Source: Eledone cirrhosa (taxonomy: Eukaryota). From it: a DNA stretch of 64,000 nucleotides. The notes below the pieces were generated by a model. It saw nothing but the letters and a program-made list of their open reading frames with translations, was not told where the DNA came from and did not search any database. Shown one piece after another: positions 51,201 to 63,435 of the stretch (the stretch's first letter is position 1; each line of letters starts with the position of its first letter). The stretch covers positions 12,896,001 through 12,960,000 of the forward strand of contig OZ024740.1 in NCBI GenBank assembly GCA_964016885.1, written 5' to 3'. The position numbers were made by a program, and so were the translations under genes.

Positions 51201-54130
51201 AATGTCTTGTCTCTAGTCTAATGTCTTGTCCCTAGTCTAAAATCTCTAGTGTAATGTCTTGTCTTTAATCTAATGTCTTGTCTCTAGTTTAATGTCTTGT
51301 CTCTAGTCTAATGTCTCTAGTCTAATGACTTGTCTCTTGTCCAATGTCTTGCCTCTAGTCTAATGTCGTGTCTCTAGTCTAATGTCGTGACTCTAGCCTA
51401 ATGTCTTGTCTCTAGACTAATGTCTCTAGTCTAATGTCTTGTCTCTAGTCTAATGTCTTGTCTCTAGTCTAATGTCTTGTCCCTAGTCTAATGTCTTGTC
51501 CCTAGTCTCATGTCTTGTCTCTAGTCTAATGTCTCTAGTCTAATGTCTCTAGTCTAATGTCTTGTCCCTAGTCTAATGTCTTGTCCCTAGTCTAACGTCT
51601 TGTCTCTAGTCTAATGTACTGTCTCTAGTCTAATTTCTTGTCTCTAGTCTAATGTCTTGTCTCTAGTCTAATGTCTTGTCTCTAGTCTAATGTCTCTAGT
51701 CTAATGTCTCTAGTCTAATGTCTTGTCTCTAGTCTAATGTCGTGTCTCTAGTCTCATGTCTTGTCTCTAGTCTAACGTCTTGTCTCTAGTCTAATATCTC
51801 TAGTCTAATGTCTTGTCTCTAGTTTCATGTCTTGTCTCTAGTATAATGTCTTGTCTCTAGTCTAATGTCTCTAGTTTAATGTCTTGTCTCTAGTCTAATG
51901 TCTCTAGTCTAATGTCTTGTCTCTAGTCTAATGTCTTGTCTCTAGTCTATTGTCTCTAGTCGAATGTATTGTCTCTAGTCTAATATCTTGTCTCTAGTCT
52001 AATATCTTGTCTCTAGTCTAACGTCTTGTCTCTAGTCTAATGTCTCTAGTCTAATATCTCTAGTCTAATGTCTTGTGTCAAGTCTAATGTCTGTAGTCTA
52101 ATGTCTTGTATCTAGTCTAAAGTCTTGTCTCTAGTCTAATGTCTCTAGTCTAATGTCTTGTCTCTAATCTAATACTCCTAGTCTAATATCTTGTCTCTAG
52201 TCTAATGTCTCTAGTCTAATGTCTTGTCTCTAGTCTAATATCTTGTCTCTAGTCTAATGTCTTGTCTCTAGTCTAATGTCTTGTCTCTAGTCTAATGTCT
52301 TGTCTCTAATCTAATATCTCTAGTCTAATGTCTTGTTTCTAGTGTAATGTCTCTAGTCTAATGTCTTGTCTCTAGTCTAATGTCTTGTCTCTAGTCTAAT
52401 GTCAGTAGTCTAATGTCTTGTCTCTAGTCTAATGTCTTGTCTCTAGTCTAATGTCTTGTCTCTAATCTAATGTCTCTAGTCTAATGTCTTGTTTCTAGTG
52501 TAATGTCTCTAGTCTAATGTCTTGTCTCTAGTCTAATGTCTTGTCTCTAGTCTAATGTCTTGTCTCTATTCTAATATCCCTGGTCTAATGTGTTGTCTCT
52601 AATCTAATGTCTCTAGTCTAATGTCTCTAGTCTAATGTCTTGTCTCTAGTATAATGTCTTGTCTCTAGTCTAATGTCTCTAGTCTAATGTCTTGTCTCTA
52701 GTCTAATGTCTTGTCTCTAAACTAATGTCTCTAGTCTAATGTATCTAGACTAATGTCTTGTCTCTAGTCTAATGTCTCTAGTCTTATGTCTTTTCTCTAG
52801 TCTAACGTCTTGTCTCTAATCTAATGTCTCTAGTCTAATGTCTTGTCTCTAGTCTAATGTCTCTAGTCTAATGTCTTGTCTCTAGTCTAATGTCTTGTCT
52901 CTAGTCTAATGTCTTGTCTCTAGACTAATGTCTTGTCTCTAGTCTAATGTCTTGTCTCTAGTCTAATGTCTTGAATCTAGTCAAATGTCTTGTCTCTAGT
53001 CTAATGTCTTGTCTCTAGTCTAATGTCTCTAGTCTAATGTCTTGTCTCTAGTCTAATGTCTTGTCCCTAGTCTAAAATCTCTAGTGTAATGTCTTATCTT
53101 TAATCTAATGTCTTGTCTCTAGTTTAATGTCTTGTCTCTAGTCTAATGTCTCTAGTCTAATGACTTGTCTCTAGTCCAATGTCTTGCCTCTAGTCTAATG
53201 TCGTGTCTCTAGTCTAATGTCGTGACACTAACCTAATGTCTTGTCTCTAGACTAATGTCTCTAGTCTAATGTCTTGTCTCTAGTCTAATGTCTTGTCTCT
53301 AGTCTAATGTCTTGTCCCTAGTCTAATGTCTTGTCCCTAGTCTCATGTCTTGTCTCTAGTCTAATGTCTCTAGTCTAATTTCTCTAGTCTAATGTCTTGT
53401 CCCTAGTCTAATGTCTTGTCCCTAGTCTAACGTCTTGTCTCTAGTCTAATGTACTGTCTCTAGTCTAATTTCTTGTCTCTAGACTAATGTCTTGTCTCTA
53501 GTCTAATGTCTTGTCTCTAGTCTAATGTCTCTAGTCTAATGTCTCTAGTCTAATGTCTTGTCTCTAGTCTAATGTCGTGTCTCTAGTCTCATGTCTTGTC
53601 TCTAATCTAACGTCTTGTCTCTAGTCTAATATCTCTAGTCTAATGTCTTGTCTCTAGTTTCATGTCTTGTCTCTAGTATAATGTCTTGTCTCTAGTCTAA
53701 TGTCTCTAGTTTAATGTCTTGTCTCTAGTCTAATGTCTCTAGTCTAATGTCTTGTCTCTAGTCTAATGTCTTGTCTCTAGTCTATTGTCTCTAGTCGAAT
53801 GTATTGTCTCTAGTCTAATATCTTGTCTCTAGTCTAATATCTTGTCTCTAGTCTAACGTCTTGTCTCTAGTCTAATGTCTCTAGTCTAATGTCTCTAGTC
53901 TAATATCTCTAGTCTAATGTCTTGTGTCTAGTCTAATGTCTGTAGTCTAATGTCTTGTATCTAGTCTAAAGTCTTGTCTCTAGTCTAATGTCTCTAGTCT
54001 AATGTCTTGTCTCTAATCTAATACCCCTAGTCTAATATCTTGTCTCTAGTCTAATGTCTCTAGTCTAATGTCTTGTCTCTAGTCTAATATCTTGTCTCTA
54101 GTCTAATGTCTTGTCTCTAGTCTAATGTCT
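48290..54130. repeat. Tandem duplication of 2904 bp, identical at all variants checked
   Basis: Offset 2904 for AAAATC 48335/51239, ATGACTTGTCTCTTG 48421/51325, AATACTCC 49267/52171, TATGTCTTTT 49881/52785, GAATC 50069/52973, ACACTAACC 50321/53225 and AATACCCC 51116/54020. Confidence 0.93.
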
Positions 54131-57100
54131 TGTCTCTAGTCTAATGTCTTGTCTCTAGTCTAATGTCAGTAGTCTAATGTCTTGTCTCTAGTCTAATGTC
54201 TTGTCTCTAGTCTAATGTCTTGTCTCTAATCTAATGTCTCTAGTCTAATGTCTTGTTTCTAGTGTAATGTCTCTAGTCTAATGTCTTGTCTCTAGTCTAA
54301 TGTCTTGTCTCTAGTCTAATGTCTTGTCTCTATTCTAATATCCCTGGTCTAATGTGTTGTCTCTAATCTAATGTCTCTAGACTAATGTCTTGTTTCTAGT
54401 CTAATGTCTCTAGTCTAATGTCTCTAGTCTAATGTCTTGTCTCTAGTATAATGTCTTGTCTCTAGTCTAATGTCTCTAGTCTAATGTCTTGTCTCTAGTC
54501 TAATGTCTTGTCTCTAAACTAATGTCTCTAGTCTAATGTATCTAGACTAATGTCTTGTCTCTAGTCTAATGTCTCTAGTCTAATGTCTTTTCTCTAGTCT
54601 AACGTCTTGTCTCTAATCTAATGTCTCTAGTCTAATGTCTTGTCTCTAGTCTAATGTCTCTAGTCTAATGTCTTGTCTCTAGTTTAATGTATCTAGACTA
54701 ATGTCTTGTCTCTAGTCTAATGTCTTGTCTCTAGTCTACCGTCTCTAGTCTAATGTCTTGTCTCTAATCTAATGTCTTGTCTCTAGTCTAATGTATCTAG
54801 TCTAATGTCTTGTCTCTTGTGTAATGTCTTATCTCTAGTCTAATGTCTCCAGTCTAATGGCTTGTCTCTAGTCTAATGTCTTGTCTCTAATCTAATGTCT
54901 CTATTCTAATGTCTTGTCTCTAATCTAATTTCTCTAGTATAATGTGTCTAGTCTAATGTCTTGTATCTAGTCTAATGTCTTGTCTCTAGTCTAATGTCTC
55001 TAGTCTAATGTCTTGTGTCTAGTCTAATGTCTTGTCTCTAATCTAATGTCCCTAGGCTAATGTCTTGTTTCTAGTCTAATGTCTCTAGTCTAATATTTCG
55101 TCTCTAGTCTAATGTCTTGTCTCTAGTCTAATGTCACTAGTCTAATGTCTCTAGTCTATTGTCTCCAGTCTAATGTCTCTAGTCTAATGTCTTGTCTCTA
55201 GTCTAATGTCTCTAGTCTAATGTCTTGTCTCTAGTCTAATGTCTTGTCCCTAGTCTCATGTCTTGTCTCTAGTCTAATGTCTCTAGTCTAATGTCTTGTC
55301 TCTAGTCTAATGTCTTGTCTCTAGTCTAATGTCGTGTCTCTAGTCTCATGTCTTGTCTCTAGTCTAACGTCTTGTCTCTAGTCTAATATCTCTAGTCTAA
55401 TGTCTTGTCTCTAGTTTCATGTCTTGTCTCTAGTATAATGTCTTGTCTCTAGTCTAATGTCTCTAGTTTAATGTCTTGTCTCTAGTCTAATGTCTCTAGT
55501 CTAATGTCTTGTCTCTAGTCTAATGTCTTGTCTCTAGTCTATTGTCTCTAGTCGAATGTATTGTCTCTAGTCTAATATCTTGTCTCTAGTCTAATATCTT
55601 GTCTCTAGTCTAACGTCTTGTCTCTAGTCTAATGTCTCTAGTCTAATGTCTCTAGTCTAATATCTCTAGTCTAATGTCTTGTGTCTAGTCTAATGTCTGT
55701 AGTCTAATGTCTTGTATCTAGTCTAAAGTCTTGTCTCTAGTCTAATGTCTCTAGTCTAATGTCTTGTCTCTAATCTAATACCCCTAGTCTAATATCTTGT
55801 CTCTAGTCTAATGTCTCTAGTCTAATGTCTTGTCTCTAGTCTAATATCTTGTCTCTAGTCTAATGTCTTGTCTCTAGTCTAATGTCTTGTCTCTAGTCTA
55901 ATGTCTTGTCTCTAGTCTAATGTCAGTAGTCTAATGTCTTGTCTCTAGTCTAATGTCTTGTCTATAGTCTAATGTCTTGTTTCTAATCTAATGTCTCTAG
56001 TCTAATGTCTTGTTTCTAGTGTAATGTCTCTAGTCTAATGTCTTGTCTCTAGTCTAATGTCTTGTCTCTAGTCTAATGTCTTGTCTCTATTCTAATATCC
56101 CTGGTCTAATGTGTTGTCTCTAATCTAATGTCTCTAGACTTATGTCTTGTTTCTAGTCTAATGTCTCTAGTCTAATGTCTCTAGTCTAATGTCTTGTCTC
56201 TAGTATAATGTCTTGTCTCTAGTCTAATGTCTCTAGTCTAATGTCTTGTCTCTAGTCTAATGTCTTGTCTCTAAACTAATGTCTCTAGTCTAATTTATCT
56301 AGACTAATGTCTTGTCTCTAGTCTAATGTCTCTAGTCTAATGTCTTTTCTCTAGTCTAACGTCTTGTCTCTAATCTAATGTCTCTAGTCTAATGTCTTGT
56401 CTCTAGTCTAATGTATCTAGACTAATGTCTTGTCTCTAGTCTAATGTCTTGTCTCTAGTCTAACGTCTCTAGTCTAATGTCTTGTCTCTAGTCTAATGTC
56501 TTGTCTCTAGTCTAATGTATCTAGTCTAATGCCTTGTCTCTTGTGTAATGTCTTATCTCTAGTCTAATGTCTCCAGTCTAATGGCTTGTCTCTAGTCTAA
56601 TGTCTTGTCTCTAGGCTAATGTCTTGTCTCTAATCTAATGTCTCTAGTCTAATGTCTTGTCTCTAGTCTATTGTCTCTAGTCGAATGTATTGTCTCTAGT
56701 CTAATATCTTGTCTCTAGTCTAATATCTTGTCTCTAGTCTAACGTCTTGTCTCTAGTCTAATGTCTCTAGTCTAATGTCTCTAGTCTAATATCTCTAGTC
56801 TAATGTCTTGTGTCTAGTCTAATGTCTGTAGTCTAATGTCTTGTATCTAGTCTAAAGTCTTGTCTCTAGTCTAATGTCTCTAGTCTAATGTCTTGTCTCT
56901 AATCTAATACCCCTAGTCTAATATCTTGTCTCTAGTCTAATGTCTCTAGTCTAATGTCTTGTCTCTAGTCTAATATCTTGTCTCTAGTCTAATGTCTTGT
57001 CTCTAGTCTAATGTCTTGTCTCTAGTCTAATGTCTTGTCTCTAGTCTAATGTCAGTAGTCTAATGTCTTGTATCTAGTCTAATGTCTTGTCTCTAGTCTA

Positions 57101-58004
57101 ATGTCTTGTCTCTAATCTAATGTCTCTAGTCTAATGTCTTGTTTCTAGTGTAATGTCTCTAGTCTAATGTCTTGTCTCTAGTCTAATGTCTTGTCTCTAT
57201 TCTAATATCCCTGGTCTAATGTGTTGTCTCTAATCTAATGTCTCTAGACTAATGTCTTGTTTCTAGTCTAATGTCTCTAGTCTAATGTCTCTAGTCTAAT
57301 GTCTTGTCTCTCGTCTAATGTCTTGTCTCTAATCTAATGTCCCTAGGCTAATGTCTTGTTTCTAGTCTAATGTCTCTAGTCTAATATTTTGTCTCTAGTC
57401 TAATGTCTTGTCTCTAGTCTAATGTTTCTAGTCTAATGTCTCTAGTCTAATGTCTTGTCTCTAATCTAATGTCTCTAGTCTAACGTCTTATCTCTAGTCT
57501 AATGTCTCTAGTCTAATGTCTTGTCTCTAGCCTAATGTCTTGTCTCTAGTCTAATGTCTCTAGTCTAATGTTTCTTGTCTAATGTCTTGTCTCTAGTCTA
57601 ATGTCACTAGTCTAATGTCTCTAGTCTAATGTCTCCAGTCTAATGTCTCTAGTCTAATGTCTTGTCTCTAGTCTAATGTCTCTAGTGTAATGTCTTGTCT
57701 CTAGTCTAATGTCTTGTCCCTAGTGTCATGTCTTGTCTCTAGTCTAATGTCTCTAGTCTAATGTCTTGTCTCTAGTCTAATGTCTTGTCCCTAGTCTAAT
57801 GTCTTGTCCCTAGTCTAATGTCTTGTCTCTAGTCTAATGTACTGTCTCTAGTCTAATTTCTTGTCTCTAGTCTAATGTCTTGTCTCTAGTCTAATGTCTT
57901 GTCTCTAGTCTAATGTCTCTAGTCTAATGTCTCTAGTCTAATGTCTTGTCTCTAGTCTAATGTCTTGTCTCTAGTCGAATGTCTTGTCTCTAGTCTAACG
58001 TCTT

Positions 58005-61000
58005 GTCTCTAGTCTCATGTCGTGTCTCTAGTCTGATGTCTTGTCTCTAGTCTAACGTTTTGTCTCTAGTCTAATATCTTTAGTCTAATGTCTTGTCTCT
58101 AGTTTCATGTCTTGTCTCTAGTATAATGTCTTGTCTCTAGTCTTATATCTTGTCTCTAGTCTAATGTCTCTAGTTTAATGTCTTGTCTCTAGTCTAATGT
58201 CTCTAGTCTAATGTCTTTTCTCTAGTCTAATGTCTTGTCTCTAGTCTATTGTCTCAAGTCGAAAGTATTGTCTCTAGTCTAATATCTTGTCTCTAGTCTA
58301 ATATCTTGTCTCTAGTCTAATGTCTTGTCTCTAGTCTAATGTCTCTAGTCTAATGTCTCTAGTCTAATATCTCTAGTCTAATGTCTTGTGTCTAGTCTAA
58401 TGTCTGTAGTCTAATGTCTTGTATCTAGTCTAAAGTCTTGTCTCTAGTCTAATGTCTCTAGTCTAATGTCTTGTCTCCTATCTAATATCCCTAGTCTAAT
58501 GTCTTGTCTCTACTCTAATGTCTCTAGTCTAATGTTTTGTCTCTAGTCTAATATCCCTGGTCTAATGTGTTGTCTCTAATCTAATGTCTCTAGACTAATG
58601 TCTTGTTTCTAGTCTAATGTCTCTAGTCTAATGTCTTGTCTCTAGTCTAATGTCTCTAGTCTAATGTCTTGTCTCTGGTCTAATGTCTTGTCTCTAAACT
58701 AATGTCTCTAGTCTAATGTCTTGTCTCTAGTCTAATGTCTTGTCTCTAGTCTAATGTATCTAGACTAATGTCTTGTCTCTAGTCTAATGTCTCTAGTCTA
58801 ATGTCTTTTCTCTAGTCTAACGTCTTGTCTCTAATCTAATGTCTCTAGTCTAATGTCTTGTCTCTAGTCTAATGTCTCTAGTCTAATGTCTTGTCTCTAG
58901 TCTAATGTATCTAGACTAATGTCTTGTCTCTAGTCTAATGTCTTGTCTCTAGTCTAACGTCTCTAGTCTAATGTCTTGTCTCTAGTCTAATGTCTTGTCT
59001 CTAGTCTAATGTATCTAGTCTAATGTCTTGTCTCTTGTGTAATGTCTTATCTCTAGTCTAATGTCTCCAGTCTAATGGCTTGTCTCTAGTCTAATGTCTT
59101 GTCTCTAGTCTAATGTCTTGTCTCTAATCTAATGTCTCTAGTCCAATGTCTTGTCTCTAATCTAATTTCTCTAGTATAATGTCTCTAGTCTAATGTCTTG
59201 TATCTAGTCTAATGTCTTGTCTCTAGTCTACTGTCTCTAGTCTAATGTCTTGTCTCTAGTCTAATGTATTGTCTCCAATCTAATGTCCCTAGGCTAATGT
59301 CTTGTTTCTAGTCTAATGTCTCTAGTCTAATATTTTGTCTCTAGTCTAATGTCTTGTCTCTAGTCTAATGTTTCTAGTCTAATGTCTCTAGTCTAATGTC
59401 TTGTCTCTAATCTAATGTCACTAGTCTAATGTCTCTAGTCTAATGTCTCCAGTCTAATGTCTCTAGTCTAATGTCTTGTCTCTAGTCTAATGTCTCTAGT
59501 CTAATGTCTTGTCTCTAGTCTAATGTCCTGTCTCGAGTCTAATGTCTTCTCTCTAGTCTAATGTCTCTAGTCTAATGTCTTGTCTCCAGTCTAATGTCTT
59601 GTCTCTAGTGTAATGTCTTGTCTCGAGTCTAATGTCTTGTCTCTAGTCTAATGTCTCTAGTCTAATGTCTTGTCTCCAGTCTAATGTCTTGTCTCAAGTC
59701 TAACGTCTGTAGTCTAATGTCTTGTCTCTAGTCTAATGTCTTGTCTCTAGTCTAATGTCTTGTCTCTAGTCTAATGTATCTAGTCTAATGTCTTGTCTCT
59801 TGTGTAATGTCTTATCTCTAGTCTAATGTCTCCAGTCTAATGGCTTGTCTCTAGTCTAATGTCTTGTCTCTAGTCTAATGTCTTGTCTCTAATCTAATGT
59901 CTCTAGTCTAATGTCTTGTCTCTAATCTAATTTCTCTAGTCTCATGTCGTGTCTCTAGTCTCATGTCTTGTCTCTAGTCTAACGTTTTGTCTCTAGTCTA
60001 ATATCTTTAGTCTAATGTCTTGTCTCTAGTTTCATGTCTTGTCTCTAGTATAATGTCTTGTCTCTAGTCTTATATCTTGTCTCTAGTCTAATGTCTCTAG
60101 TTTAATGTCTTGTCTCTAGTCTAATGTCTCTAGTCTAATGTCTTTTCTCTAGTCTAATGTCTTGTCTCTAGTCTATTGTCTCAAGTCGAAAGTATTGTCT
60201 CTAGTCTAATATCTTGTCTCTAGTCTAATATCTTGTCTCTAGTCTAATGTCTTGTCTCTAGTCTAATGTCTCTAGTCTAATGTCTCTAGTCTAATATCTC
60301 TAGTCTAATGTCTTGTGTCTAGTCTAATGTCTGTAGTCTAATGTCTTGTATCTAGTCTAAAGTCTTGTCTCTAGTCTAATGTCTCTAGTCTAATGTCTTG
60401 TCTCTAATCTAATATCCCTAGTCTAATGTCTTGTCTCTACTCTAATGTCTCTAGTCTAATGTTTTGTCTCTAGTCTAATATCCCTGGTCTAATGTGTTGT
60501 CTCTAATCTAATGTCTCTAGACTAATGTCTTGTTTCTAGTCTAATGTCTCTAGTCTAATGTCTTGTCTCTAGTCTAATGTCTCTAGTCTAATGTCTTGTC
60601 TCTGGTCTAATGTCTTGTCTCTAAACTAATGTCTCTAGTCTAATGTCTTGTCTCTAGTCTAATGTCTTGTCTCTAGTCTAATGTATCTAGTCTAATGTCT
60701 TGTCTCTAGTCTAATGTATCTAGACTAATGTCTTGTCTCTAGTCTAATGTCTCTAGTCTAATGTCTTTTCTCTAGTCTAACGTCTTGTCTCTAATCTAAT
60801 GTCTCTAGTCTAATGTCTTGTCTCTAGTCTAATGTCTCTAGTCTAATGTCTTGTCTCTAGTCTAATGTATCTAGACTAATGTCTTGTCTCTAGTCTAATG
60901 TCTTGTCTCTAGTCTAACGTCTCTAGTCTAATGTCTTGTCTCTAGTCTAATGTCTTGTCTCTAGTCTAATGTATCTAGTCTAATGTCTTGTCTCTTGTGT

Positions 61001-61870
61001 AATGTCTTATCTCTAGTCTAATGTCTCCAGTCTAATGGCTTGTCTCTAGTCTAATGTCTTGTCTCTAGTCTAATGTCTTGTCTCTAATCTAATGTCTCTA
61101 GTCCAATGTCTTGTCTCTAATCTAATTTCTCTAGTATAATGTCTCTAGTCTAATGTCTTGTATCTAGTCTAATGTCTTGTCTCTAGTCTACTGTCTCTAG
61201 TCTAATGTATTGTCTCCAATCTAATGTCCCTAGGCTAATGTCTTGTTTCTAGTCTAATGTCTCTAGTCTAATATTTTGTCTCTAGTCTAATGTCTTGTCT
61301 CTAGTCTAATGTTTCTAGTCTAATGTCTCTAGTCTAATGTCTTGTCTCTAATCTAATGTCACTAGTCTAATGTCTCTAGTCTAATGTCTCCAGTCTAATG
61401 TCTCTAGTCTAATGTCTTGTCTCTAGTCTAATGTCTCTAGTCTAATGTCTTGTCTCTAGTCTAATGTCCTGTCTCGAGTCTAATGTCTTCTCTATAGTCT
61501 AATGTCTCTAGTCTAATGTCTTGTCTCCAGTCTAATGTCTTGTCTCTAGTCTAATGTCTTGTCTCGAGTCTAATGTCTTGTCGCTAGTCTAATGTCTCTA
61601 GTCTAATGTCTTGTCTCTAGTCTAATGTCTTGTCTCAAGTCTAACGTCTGTAGTCTAATGTCTTGTCTCTAGTCTAATGTCTTGTCTCTAGTCTAATGTC
61701 TTGTCTCTAGTCTAATGTATCTAGTCTAATGTCTTGTCTCTTGTGTAATGTCTTATCTCTAGTCTAATGTCTCCAGTCTAATGGCTTGTCTCTAGTCTAA
61801 TGTCTTGTCTCTAGTCTAATGTCTTGTCTCTAATCTAATGTCTCTAGTCTAATGTCTTGTCTCTAGTCTA
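58005..61870. repeat. Tandem duplication of about 1.93 kb of a more diverged HOR variant
   Basis: Offset 1927 for ATATCTTTAG 58074/60001, GTCTCAAGTCGAAAG 58251/60178 and GTCTCTGGTC 58671/60598; offset 1941 for GTCTCCAATC 59271/61212 and CCTGTCTCGAG 59527/61468. Confidence 0.88.
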
Positions 61871-63214
61871 ATGTCTCTAGTCTAATGTCTCTAGTCTAAT
61901 GTCTTGTCTCTAGTCTAATGTCCTGTCTCGAGTCTAATGTCTTCTCTCTAGTCTAATGTCTCTAGTCTAATGTCTTGTCTCCAGTCTAATGTCTTGTCTC
62001 TATTCTAATGTCTTGTCTCGAGTCTAATGTCTTGTCTCTAGTCTAATGTCTCTAGTCTAATGTCTTGTCTCAAGTCTAACGTCTGTAGTCTAATGTCTTG
62101 TCTCTAGTCTAATGTCTTGTCTCTAGTCTAATGTCTTGTCTCTAGTCTAATGTATCTAGTCTAATGTCTTGTCTCTTGTGTAATGTCTTATCTCTAGTCT
62201 AATGTCTCCAGTCTAATGGCTTGTCTCTAGTCTAATGTCTTGTATCTAGTCTAATGTCTTGTCTCTAGTCTAATGTCTCTAGTCTAATATTTTGTCTCTA
62301 GTCTAATGTCTTGTCTGTAGTCTAATGTTTCTAGTCTAATGTCTCTAGTCTAATGTCTTGTCTCTAATCTAATGTCTCTAGTCTAACGTCTTATCTCTAG
62401 TCTAGTGTCTCTAGTCTAATGTCTTGTCTCTAGCCTAATGTCTTGTCTCTAGTCTAATGTCTCTAGTCTAATGTTTCTTGTCTAATGTCTTGTCTCTAGT
62501 CTAATGTCACTAGTCTAATGTCTCTAGTCTAATGTCTCCAGTCTAATGTCTCTATTCTAATGTCTTGTCTCTAGTCTAATGTCTCTAGTCTAATGTCTTG
62601 TCTCTAGTCTAATATCTTGTCTCTAGTCTAATGTCTTGTCTCTAGTCTAATGTCTTGTCTCTAGTCTAATGTCCCTCGTCTAATGTCTTGTCTCTAGTCT
62701 AATGTCTCTAGTCTAATGTCTTGTCTCTAGTCTAATGTCTTGTCTCTAGTCTAATGTCAGTAGTCTAATGTCTTGTCTCTAGTCTAATATCTTGTCTCTA
62801 GTCTAATGTCTCTAGTCTAATGTCTTGTCTCTAGTCTAATGTCTTGTCTCTAATCTAATGTCTCTAGTCTAATGTCTTGTTTCTAGTGTAATGTCTCTAG
62901 TCTAATGTCTTGTCTCTAGTCTAATGTCTTGTCTCTATTCTAATATCCCTGGTCTAATGTGTTGTCTCTAATCTAATGTCCCTAGTCTAATGTCTTGTTT
63001 CTAGTCTAATGTCTCTAGTCTAATGTCTCTAGTCTAATGTCTTGTCTCTAGTCTAATGTCTTGTCTCTAGTCTAACGTCTCTAGTCTAATGTCTTGTCTC
63101 TAGTCTAATGTCTTGTCTCTAGTCTAATGTCTTGTCTCTAGTCTGATGTCTTGTCTCTAGTATAATGTCTCGAGTCTAATATCTTGTCTCTAGTCTAATG
63201 TCTTGTCTCTTGTC

Positions 63215-63435
63215 TAATGACTTGTCTCTAGACTAATGTCTTGTCTCTAGTCTAATGTCTTGTCTCTAGTCTAATGTCTTGTATCTGTCTAATGTCTTGT
63301 CTCTAGTCTAATGTCTTGTCTCTAGTCTAATGTCTCTAGTCTAATGACTTGTCTCTAGACTAATGTCTTGTCTCTAGTCTAATGTCTTGTCTCTAGTCTA
63401 ATGTCTTGTATCTGTCTAATGTCTTGTCTCTAGTG
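63215..63435. repeat. Local duplication at 127-bp offset containing an 18-bp deletion monomer
   Basis: GACTTG at 63219/63346 and GTATCTGTCT (A of TAG deleted) at 63281/63408. Confidence 0.75.

Noticed and set aside
329-63166. TATAAT hexamers resembling bacterial -10 boxes
   Set aside because: They are single C-to-A variants of the consensus TCTAAT propagated by duplication, with no -35 element or downstream gene.
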